The notes below the pieces were generated by a model. It was given only the letters and a program-made list of their open reading frames with translations. It ran no database searches and was not told where the DNA came from. Position numbers and translations under genes: made by a program. Shown one piece after another: positions 47,701 through 60,913 of a stretch of DNA of 64,000 nt. Position 1 is the first letter of the stretch. Every line of letters starts with the position of its first letter. Location of the stretch: contig QPMI01000298.1 in the NCBI GenBank assembly GCA_004431415.1, positions 10,358-74,357 of the forward strand. The letters are read 5' to 3'. Source of the DNA: Cyanophora paradoxa CCMP329 (taxonomy: Eukaryota > Plantae > Glaucophyta).

Positions 47701-50700
47701 CCTGCGTTCAATAACCGTAAGCAAACCGCCAGTGATCTACAGAATACAAGAAGAGCGAGACCTGTTCGAGTTTGGAGACCTGCGCGCGAGTGCCCTCCAA
47801 CTCGGCCTCCAAGCGAGCCGCGCGCTCCGAGAGGGCGGCCCGCTCGGCCTGCGCCGCCGCCAACTGCGCCGCGAGGCCCGACGCCTGCGCCTCCGCCGCG
47901 CCCGCCGACGCCGCCGCCGCCTCGGCCGACGCGGCGCGCGCCTCCAGCGCCGCCTTCTCGCCCTCCAGCGCCTGGACCGCGCCCCGCGCCGCCTCCAGCT
48001 CCGCCGCAAGCTCCGCCGCCCGCGACGCCGCCTCGCCGCCCGACGCCGCCGCCGCCGCCGCCGCCGCCTCCAGGGCCGCCACCCGGGACGAGAGCGCCTG
48101 CTTCTCCTCCTCGAGGGCCCGCGCCGCCGCCTGCGCCTCGCCGGCGGCCGCCTCGAGCGCCTCGACGCGCGCGGCGAGCGCCGCCTTCTCCTCCTCGAGG
48201 GCCGCCCGCTCCTGCGCCGCCTCCATCTCGGCCGAGAGGTCCACGCCCCGCGACGCCGTCGTCGTCGCCGCCGCCGCCTCCGCCTCCAGGGCGCTCGCGC
48301 GCGCCTGCGCCGCCTCCGCCTCCTCCATCGCCGCCTCCAGCGCCGCCCGCAGCTCCGCCACCGCCGCCGCGCCCCGCTCGTGCCGCCGCAGCGCCTCGTC
48401 CGCCTCCTGCCGCTGCTCCGCCCGCGCCGCCGCGAGCTCCGCCGCCAGCGACTCGGCCCGCGCCCGCGCCGCCGCCAGCTCCGCCTCCCGCTCCGCCAGC
48501 GCCGCCCGGCTCGTCGCAGCCGACGTCTGCAGCGCCGCCACCACAGCGTCCGTCTCGTCGCTGCCCAGGCCCGACGCCGCCGCCGACGCCGCCGCCGACG
48601 CCGCCGCCGCCGTCGCTGCGGCCAGCTGCGACTCCAGCTCCGCGACGCGCGCCTCCGAGCGAGCCGCGCGCTCCGAGAGGGCGGCCCGCTCGGCCTGCGC
48701 CGCCGCCAACTGCGCCGCGAGGCCCGACGCCTGCGCCTCCGCCGCGCCCGCCGACGCCGCCGCCGCCTCGGCCGACGCGGCGCGCGCCTCCAGCGCCGCC
48801 TTCTCGCCCTCCAGCGCCTGGACCGCGCCCCGCGCCGCCTCCAGCTCCGCCGCAAGCTCCGCCGCCCGCGACGCCGCCTCGCCGCCCGACGCCGCCGCCG
48901 CCGCCGCCGCCGCCTCCAGGGCCGCCACCCGGGACGAGAGCGCCTGCTTCTCCTCCTCGAGGGCCCGCGCCGCCGCCTGCGCCTCGCCGGCGGCCGCCTC
49001 GAGCGCCTCGACGCGCGCGGCGAGCGCCGCCTTCTCCTCCTCGAGGGCCGCCCGCTCCTGCGCCGCCTCCATCTCGGCCGAGAGGTCCACGCCCCGCGAC
49101 GCCGTCGTCGTCGCCGCCGCCGCCTCCGCCTCCAGGGCGCTCGCGCGCGCCTGCGCCGCCTCCGCCTCCTCCAGCGCCGCCTCCAGCGCCGCCCGCAGCT
49201 CCGCCGCCGCCGCCGCGCCCCGCTCGTGCCGCCGCAGCGCCTCGTCCGCCTCCTGCCGCTGCTCCGCCCGCGCCGCCGCGAGCTCCGCCGCCAGCGACTC
49301 GGCCCGCGCCCGCGCCGCCGCCAGCTCCGCCTCCCGCTCCGCCAGCGCCGCCCGGCTCGTCGCAGCCGACGTCTGCAGCGCCGCCACCACAGCGTCCGTC
49401 TCGTCGCTGCCCAGGCCCGACGCCGCCGCCGACGCCGCCGCCGACGCCGCCGCCGCCGTCGCTGCGGCCAGCTGCGACTCCAGCTCCGCGACGCGCGCCT
49501 CCGAGCGAGCCGCGCGCTCCGAGAGGGCGGCCCGCTCGGCCTGCGCCGCCGCCAACTGCGCCGCGAGGCCCGACGCCTGCGCCTCCGCCGCGCCCGCCGA
49601 CGCCGCCGCCGCCTCGGCCGACGCGGCGCGCGCCTCCAGCGCCGCCTTCTCGCCCTCCAGCGCCTGGACCGCGCCCCGCGCCGCCTCCAGCTCCGCCGCA
49701 AGCTCCGCCGCCCGCGACGCCGCCTCGCCGCCCGACGCCGCCGCCGCCGCCGCCGCCGCCTCCAGGGCCGCCACCCGGGACGAGAGCGCCTGCTTCTCCT
49801 CCTCGAGGGCCCGCGCCGCCGCCTGCGCCTCGCCGGCGGCCGCCTCGAGCGCCTCGACGCGCGCGGCGAGCGCCGCCTTCTCCTCCTCGAGGGCCGCCCG
49901 CTCCTGCGCCGCCTCCATCTCGGCCGAGAGGTCCACGCCCCGCGACGCCGTCGTCGTCGCCGCCGCCGCCTCCGCCTCCAGGGCGCTCGCGCGCGCCTGC
50001 GCCGCCTCCGCCTCCTCCAGCGCCGCCTCCAGCGCCGCCCGCAGCTCCGCCGCCGCCGCCGCGCCCCGCTCGTGCCGCCGCAGCGCCTCGTCCGCCTCCT
50101 GCCGCTGCTCCGCCCGCGCCGCCGCGAGCTCCGCCGCCAGCGACTCGGCCCGCGCCCGCGCCGCCGCCAGCTCCGCCTCCCGCTCCGCCAGCGCCGCCCG
50201 GCTCGTCGCAGCCGACGTCTGCAGCGCCTCCACCACAGCGTCCGTCTCGTCGCTGCCCAGGCCCGACGCCGCCGCCGACGCCGCCGCCGACGCCGCCGCC
50301 GCCGTCGCTGCGGCCAGCTGCGACTCCAGCTCAGCAACCCGTTGGGTGAGTGCGGACTCATCGGCTGAAATGGAACGCGCTGCTGCAGACGCGGCCTCGA
50401 GCCTGGCGGCCATTTCGCTGAGGCGCGCCTCGAGCTCTTGCTTTTGCTGCGTAAGCTCCGCGCTGCGCGCTCGTTGCTCCGAGCACTCTCGCTCGAGCGC
50501 CCCCGAGGCCGCCTGGGCCTCCTGCAGGCGGGCCTCCATTCCGACGACGCGACGCTCCGTCTCCCCTGCGGCAGCGGCGGCCGCCTGCTCCAGCGCGCGG
50601 ATCCGGCTGGAGAGCTCGCCCTTCTCCTCCTCGAGGGCAGCGACCGCCACTGAGAGGGCCTGCGCTCGCTCCGCGGCCTCCGCAGTCGCCTGCTTCGTGT

Positions 50701-51923
50701 CCCCGCCGCTGGAGCCGATCTTTCCGCGGAGCGACGCGGCGAGCTGCGTGATTGGCGCCCCGGCCTCGACACCCACGCCCGCCTCGGCGCACATCTCCTG
50801 CAACACTGCCGCCACAGCCGCCAGCTCCGACCCCGCCGCCTCCAGCGCCGCCCGCAGCTCCGCCGCCGCCGCCGCGCCCCGCTCGTGCCGCCGCAGCGCC
50901 TCGTCCGCCTCCTGCCGCTGCTCCGCCCGCGCCGCCGCGAGCTCCGCCGCCAGCGACTCGGCCCGCGCCCGCGCCGCCGCCAGCTCCGCCTCCCGCTCCG
51001 CCAGCGCCGCCGTGGTTGTCTTGTTGGACGTCTTCAGTGCCGCAATGACCGCCTCTGCGTCTCCCTCCGCGATCTGCGCGGAGTGAGCGAGTGCAGGGCC
51101 GGCCAGGCGCAGCTCTTCGCGCCTGTGCATGCGCTCGGTTCCCCGGAGAAGCTCGCTTCCCCTGCTCGTCCTTGTAGAGAAGCAGCTCGGCTCGCGCCTT
51201 ATCGACCTCAGCCTGCATGCGCAGCCGCTGCAGCGCCGCATCAGCGAGCGCCACCCGTCGTGCAAGCGCGGCCGGGGACCAGCGCACCTCCTCTTCGAAG
51301 TACTCGCGCTGGATCTGCACGGTGCGCTGCGTCGCCTCGAGTTCCTCGCGCATCTGGTCCACTTCCGCCTCCAGGTTCTTCGCGCAGAGCACGTCCTTGT
51401 CCGATTTCGCTTTCGCCAGCTCCTCTGCGAGAGAATGAGCAAAGGGCCGCGAGCCGTATGCACGACAAGTGCACACTCGTCAGCTTTTCAATCTCATGCT
51501 TGCCCTTGGTGTTCTCGGATCGCAGCTTCTCGAGTTCTGCGGTACGACCAGAGTCAGGCCTAGGGCCGCACAGGACGAGCGCACGCATTAGCACACCAGC
51601 GCGGGCGCTTTTTTCCTTCGTTTGAATGTCGAACGAGTGCTCCTTTAAGTGCAAAAACGCCTCCTGCGCAGGACCACATCAGCGCGCGAGGACGAGCTGT
51701 TCGCGGCGGTGCCAGATGGCGCCGCAGTACGTCGAATGCCCTATGATCGCTCTGCCGCAGCCGCGACCCGCTCGGACGGCCGCCCATCGCGTATGTCGAA
51801 CCGCAGTCGATTCGCGTGATTCGCACGCAGCGCAGGCTCCGCGGACTTGCAGGCTCTGCCTATCGTTGCATTGCGCACCTGCAGTTTCGTGAACTCGCTC
51901 AGTCCGATGGCGGGTGCAGCCAT
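44762..51923 (-). CDS. Giant coiled-coil protein with GRIPAP1-like termini
   Basis: The N-terminus LSEFTKLQ/EAFLHLKEHSFDIQ and C-terminus KDAIIRMYM...RKMELLLQETLMQKMNL resemble, from memory, GRIPAP1 ends. The body is Ala/Glu heptad-rich. Confidence 0.65.
47813..50332. repeat. Three near-identical 846-bp (282-aa) tandem repeats inside one exon, plus a partial copy at ~50836-51010
   Basis: Marker CGAGCCGCGCGCTCCGAGAGG recurs at 47814, 48660 and 49506. Only isolated substitutions differ (e.g. ~48328, 48360, 50229). Confidence 0.95.
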
Positions 51924-52455
51924 CGTTCATGCGCCGCTCGTCCACGCGATCCGGCTCCCACGGGCTTCAAACCCGTAGCTACGTCCACAGGAGCGGGATC
52001 CGAGCGCCGCCGTCGTCGCCAGAGCCCGGCCTTGTCGCACGACGCGGGGTACGATGGCTTCGAAAATTTGATCCGACCTAGCTATAGGCCTAGGCCTCGA
52101 ACTTCGGAATTCGAAAGCGCTAGCGCGTATAGCGACGTCGACATATGCATGTACACGATCAGATTCAGATCTACAGCTTCAGATGATCACGACCGACGTC
52201 GACGTCGACGTCGCGCCGGCGCCGCCACCGACGTCGACATCCCAAATTGATCATGAGTCCGCGCGCGCTCGCCTCCCAGAGTCCCAAAATCGCGCCATTG
52301 CCAGGCATCGATGTCGCTAGCGCTAGATGATGAGCCTAGATCATATAGAGGGGTTCCGGCGGCGGCGGTGCGAAAAACCTCCTAGGCCTGGTCCCGGGGC
52401 GCCGCCACTGTCACCCATATGCATGGCCAGCCGGCGCCCTGCGTACGCATACGTC

Positions 52456-52982
52456 GAGCTCGAACTGACAAACGCGGTCATGGATATCCGAAGCGTGGCC
52501 GCCGGGCGGAGGGGAGCGAGCGCGGAAGCCGGGCGCGCGCGGGCACGAGGCAACGACCCAAAGGCAGCAGCGCCACCAGAGCGGGCCTCCTCCGAAGCGC
52601 TCCAGGGCCCGTGCAACCAAGCGCTAGCCGTGGCTGACGGCCGGGACAGCACCTGCACACGACTAGTCACTGTGAGAACACGTACATGCGCACGCGGGGA
52701 GCTGGGCATCTGAACTACCTCCGGGAGGGCAGTGGGACGCTGAGGCTTGACATGGAGACGCCAGGTCAGTGCCCGATCTCGCTGTTTTTGGGGTACGTCG
52801 TACGGGGGAGGGGTACCCACACAAAAGACATGTCGAAGGGTTAGCGATCCCGGCCCATCGCCTGCCGATCTGGGCGATCTGATGCGACCGCAGGCAAGCC
52901 GAGCGGTATGTGCAAGCTTCGTGTCCACCGCCGCAATGAGCGGTGGGCGGACAAGCAGTACAACAAGGCCCACCTGGGCACC
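52456..52982. repeat. Decayed ~525-bp direct duplicate of 53605-54132 (offset ~1140 bp)
   Basis: Colinear alignment with ~16 differences. Covers the bidirectional promoter, the 5' end of RPS23 and the 5' end of the opposite-strand gene. Confidence 0.95.
52830..52982 (+). pseudogene. Truncated RPS23 copy (exon 1, intron 1, part of exon 2)
   Basis: MSK/GKPSG then a 9-bp net deletion, [21 protein letters not shown], then unrelated sequence. Confidence 0.85.
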
Positions 52983-53069
52983 GATGCGTGGCACCGTGCA
53001 CCGGTGCACTTCACTGCACACGCGGCAGTGAGCGCCGGAAGCTGGAATGCGGGGGGAAGGGGGCCGGCC

Positions 53070-53893
53070 GCACTCTTGTCCTTGGGGAGGATGTAGAAGG
53101 CGGCGTCCGCTGCCCGGCGGCTGCTCGATGTGGTGGCGGGCGGGGCGGGAGGCGGGGCCGGCAGGCGGGTGCGCCGCCCGTGTAGGGCAGGCCGAAGGCC
53201 TCGAGGGCGCGGATCACCTCGACGCCGGCCCGGTACTGCCGCCCCAGGCCCGGGGGCGGGGACGGGGGCGGGGCGCCGGGGCCGCGCACCTCGTCGAAGG
53301 CACCGTCTCAGAGGTTGATGTACATGTCGTACCCCGCCCGCGCCGCCGCCAGCACGTCCGCCACTGCCGCTGCCCCGAATTCACCCTGCTGCCCGCAGCC
53401 CCCCGCGCGCGCCGGCCGTGAAACTTTAACGCGCATGCCGCCCTCTTCCGCGTCCTATGAGGTGCCGCAGAGGTTGCCGGGGTTGCAGTCGTAGTTGTCC
53501 GCCTCCTGCCCCCGGCCCAGCCCCCCGCGCGGGGAGGCGCCCGCGTCGGTCGCACGCCTCCGCGGGCGGGCCTCCGCAAGCTCCCACCTGTGCCCGCACT
53601 CCATGAGTTCGACTGACAAGCGCGGTCATCCGAAGCGTCGCCGCCGGGCGGAGGGGAGCGAGCGTGGAGGCCGGGCGCGTGCGGGCACGAGGCGACGACC
53701 CAAAGGCAGCAGCGCCACCAGAGCGGGCCTCCTCCGAAGCGCTCAAACCCGTGCAACCAAGCGCTAGCCGTGGCTGACGGCCGGAACAGCACCTGCACAC
53801 GGAGAGTCACTGTGAGAACACGTACACACGCACGCGGGGTGCGGGGCATCTGAACTACCTCCGGGAGGGCAGTGGGACGCTGAGGCTTGACAT
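53070..53893 (-). pseudogene. 5' relic of an ATP-grasp (D-Ala-D-Ala ligase-like family) gene
   Basis: GYDMYINL*DGAFDE/YRAGVEVIRALEAFGLPYTG/ADAAFY matches the NLCDG..DEDRAG.EV..ALE..LPYTGAD motif. Stops at 53308-53310 (TGA) and 53455-53457 (TAG); C-terminal domain absent. Confidence 0.6.
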
Positions 53894-53970
53894 GGAGACG
53901 CCAGGTCAGTGCCCGATCTCGCTGTTTTTGGGGTACGTCGACGGGGGAGGGGGGTACCCACACAAAAGAC

Positions 53971-54756
53971 ATGTCGAAGGGTTAGCGATCCCGGCCCATC
54001 GCCTGCTGATCTGGGCGATCTGATGCGACCGCAGGCAAGCCGAGCGGTATCAACGCGGGGCGCAAGCTTCGTGTCCACCGCCGCAATGAGCGGTGGGCGG
54101 ACAAGCAGTACAACAAGGCCCACCTGGGCACCTGGCTGAAGGCCAACCCGTTCGCGGGCGCCTCCCACGCCAAGGGCATTGTGCTCGAGAAAGTGTGCGT
54201 ACGATTGCACTCGCGAAGAATGCGACTCCAGCGGGCCCAGCGCGCCGCCGCTGTCAGCAGCTATCTGACTTTCCTTCGCTTCTGCAGCGGTATTGAGGCC
54301 AAGCAGCCCAACTCGGCTATCCGCAAGTCGGTCCGTGTGCAGCTGATCAAGAACGGCAAGAAGATCACCGCGTTCGTCCCCCGCGATGGTTGCCTCAACT
54401 TCATCGAGGAGAACGTGCGTTCTGCATCACAAGCCGCGCCCCCTGCAGCCGCAGGCCGTAGTGCCAGGGCGGGAGCTAGCGCAGGCCACTCCCGACCTGG
54501 AGCTCATTTGCCATGTTTCGCCGCGCAGGATGAGGTCCTCGTTGCCGGTCTCGGCCGTAAGGGCCACTCCGTCGGTGATCTGCCCGGCGTGCGCTTCAAG
54601 GTCGTGAAGGTTTGCGGTGCGCGAACTCTTTGTCATTCGCGAACTTCCGCTCTTCAGGCGCTGACGCCGTGCGCGTGTTCTGGTGTTGCTTTCGCGTGCG
54701 CAGGTGTGTCGCTCAACGCGCTCTACCGTGAGAAGAAGGAGAAGCCCCGCTCGTAA
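53971..54756 (+). CDS. RPS23: 40S ribosomal protein S23 (uS12), 5 exons
   Basis: [17 protein letters not shown]; [13 protein letters not shown]; [15 protein letters not shown]; [13 protein letters not shown]; KKEKPRS*. Confidence 0.98.
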
Positions 54757-55251
54757 GCCACATGCGGGAGTTCGACTCTGTGCTTGCCCAGTCCAGTGCT
54801 CTGTGTTCAGAATGACATGTCTTTCCCTCGTCATCATTCTTGCACCCGCATGTGCCCCGAGCGCGCTAGGTCGGGTTCTGGAGCTTGGCGTGGATGGGCC
54901 TGTCGGTTTTCCCTTCGAATTCTGGCGCAGAGGATCGCAATTCTTCTTCTGGCGGTGTACCAGCATCCTGGGGGCGTCCTTAATCACTCTTTAATGGACA
55001 GGATCCCTTCCGTAACAGTTTTTGAGACTGCACGTTCGCACTTGCCAAATTCACGATTGAGATCTAATTCTCTCAATCTCGACCGCTGGTCTCATTTGGC
55101 ACTGCTCTCGCATCGATATCTGTCGGGGACTCTTTGCACGCCCTGGCGACTGCATACGCGGTGGCTCAATTGCCCATGCCCATGACGGATTGTGCAAGGC
55201 TGGTGCGGAGCGGCGTGGAACACTGTTCTGGGTTGCCAGAGAGTGCTAGGT

Positions 55252-58352
<3,101 letters not shown>

Positions 58353-58757
58353 TTTGAGGTATGTTCCTTTTTTTGGTTTTGCGGTAGATGAGATGTAGTG
58401 GTTTGCCCCAACGATCTGACCCTACCAGCGCCCAGATGAGCTTCGCAATCGCTCGGCGCGCTAGAGCGCTAGCCGGCGCAAACGACGCCGCGTCCGGCCC
58501 GTGTGTGGCCGACGACGAGACGCACCCAACCCAAACCCCCGAACAGTACCCCCCGAACTAGCAGAAGGGGGGGGGGAAGGGGGGATCCGGAGTTCTCGCG
58601 GCTCAGCAATAGCTAGCGCTATAGCTATATAGCTAGAGCTCCTTGCAATTGTTCGAGCACGGCTCGAATGCCCCCAGCGCGCGCGCATCGAAGCGTGGCC
58701 TCGAGCTTGAGCCCGCGGCGTGCCACGCAGCAGCTCCAAGTATACGTATGCTCACAG

Positions 58758-60749
58758 CTATAGGGCGACGGAGAAGCGGGGGACGCTGGCGCCGCCCCAG
58801 TCCTCGGGCGCCCGCTCTGCAGCGCCTCCGCCGCCGGCGCCGGCGAGGTCGACGCGGGCGCCGAGCTTGGAGCTGAGCCGCGCGGCCGTCTCCAGCAGCC
58901 ATGTCGCATCCTCCCCGCGCGCCACGTTCACCTGCCCGGACACGCGGCCCCGGCGCCGGCGCAGCCTTAAGCTTCGAATTCAGAGGCGAAGGGAGGGGCG
59001 GGAGCCGCGGCTCGGGGACCTGGAAGTGATTGCAGCGGGTGGGGACGAGGTCGAAGGCGGCGAGGCGGTTCTCCCCGTCGAAGCTCAGCTCGTACAGGAA
59101 GGAGAGGTCGTTCCGGTACTGCGCGCCCCCGCCCCCGCCGCCGGACCGTCGGACCCGTTCAGGCTCGGAAACGCGGCGGGGAACGCGGCAGGGAGGGCGC
59201 GGGGCGCGGAGGGGAGGGCGTGCGGCGTATACCTGGTCGTCGACGGCGTAATCGTCCAGGAAATCGCCGGAGCCGTAGATGATCGGGCGCCCCTTGTACA
59301 CCTCCAGCCCCTGCCCGCGAGGCGAAGAGGTCAGGGGCCGGCGCAGGCCTCCTCGGGCTGGAGCGTGGCGGGGCGCCTGGATGTGGTGCGCGGAGTGGCC
59401 GTGGAAGACGTCGGCCCCCGCGTCGATCACCGCCCGCGCGAAGGCCCGGAACGCCGCCAGCGGCTGCCAGCGGTAGTTCTGCCGGCGCGGCTCACTGGCC
59501 GGCCTGCGCGCGGCGCCGCGCGGCGGGGGGCGCGGGCGCACGGGCCCCCAGTGGATGGAGAAGACGGCGAGGTCGACGGCCCGCTTGAGCTCTGCCACCT
59601 GCGCGCCCGCGGGCGATCCGCGTCGGCGGGATGTTTCGGGAGGGCGCGGGGCGGCGCGAGGCGCGCCTGCGCCGCGACGGCCTCCGCGGCGCCGGCCTCC
59701 TCGGGATCGACGATGTAAGTGCCCGGCGTCCGATCCCCGGCCGCCTACAGAGGGGCCGACGTCAGCGCAGCTCTAGCCACATAGCCACGGAAGGCCCCGT
59801 GAGGCAGAGCGGGCGGACCCACTCTTCAGGGTGGTCCGCGGCGCTGATGACACCGACCTTGCGGCCGGCCACCTGCACCCGGGACCGGCGGGCGCTCGGG
59901 CGAGGCAGCACACGCACAGCGACCCAGGCGCCCGGCCCGCTGCACCTCGAAGATCGCCGGCTTGCGGGCGGCCTCGGCGTTGGGCCCGGCCCCTGCGCGT
60001 GGAGCAAAGCGGATGAAGACAGAAAGAGGCACGGGGGAGCTCTCACCCGCGTGGTGGATGCCGGCTTCCTTGAGGGCGTCCAGCGTCTGGAGCATGCCAC
60101 CGACCTCATAGTCCAGGACGTCTGTGGCGGGAGCTGGCGGGAGGGCCCGGGGAGGAGGCGGCTTGGCGTACGGTTATTCGCGAGCGACGCGTACCGCACG
60201 CCCGCTGCGAGCAGCGTCTTCACGTTCTCTGGGTGAGCACGATAGTTGAACCTGGGTAAGCATGATACTTTACTCATAAAAGACTATTTTCCATTTAATT
60301 ATTATTTTTAAAGTTTAGCTACCAAAGGTATTAGGGCGCAGCACGTACACCTTTGGTCGCTTCTGCTCGTTCGTTGTGATTGACGTCTCCAGGTTAATCA
60401 GGAAGCCGTCGGCCTGCGCAGCGCCCGATGCGCGAGGCGCGATGGCGTTCGGCGAGAGCGTAAACGCAGCAATGTACCTCTCGGATGATCGGAAGAGTGT
60501 CACCCCACACGTACGCGTGCGGATCGCGCTCCAACGCGACGCGGCGGGCGGGCGGGAGCGTATGCAGGAAGCGCTTCGCGTAGCTGCCGTGCTCGGGATC
60601 GTAGACGTGGCAAGGCATGATCTGATCGACGAGTCTAGCGCGCGTGCGCGCGCGTCAAGTCCGATCTGTGAGATCAGAATTCAGAATTTGTCACACCTGC
60701 CAATCATGACGTCTCCGACGAGTGAGAGCTTGAATCGGCGGAGAGCCAT
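58758..60749 (-). CDS. CapA/PgsA (PGA_cap) family metallophosphatase-like protein
   Basis: LVGDVMIGR; INLETSIT; SLANNHVLDY; SIHWGPNY; DVFHGHSAHHIQ; IIYGSGDFLDDY. Confidence 0.9.
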
Positions 60750-60913
60750 CGCGGTCGAGCTCGAGCGCGGAGGTCGAGCGCGGAGAATGCCCAAGCCTGA
60801 AAACCGTGTAGTCCCCCGAGGGCAAGCTTCATCCTCGATCCGGACCGCGCACGGGCCTGATCGAGTGGCATCTAGCCTCTCAGCGTGCGCCACTCGGCCG
60901 GAGCGGGGGATCG

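Noticed and set aside
44819-51086. Very long ORFs on other frames (1849, 1104 and 1011 aa)
   Set aside because: Shadows of the GC-rich Ala/Glu coiled-coil gene; Arg/Ala/Ser low-complexity translations with no domains.
53308-53310. Selenocysteine readthrough of the TGA at a Cys position
   Set aside because: A second stop (TAG) and truncation indicate a pseudogene; no SECIS recognised.
53070-53893. Functional peptidoglycan D-Ala-D-Ala ligase for a glaucophyte plastid wall
   Set aside because: The motif (NLCDG type) differs from canonical Ddl, and the copy is truncated with stops.
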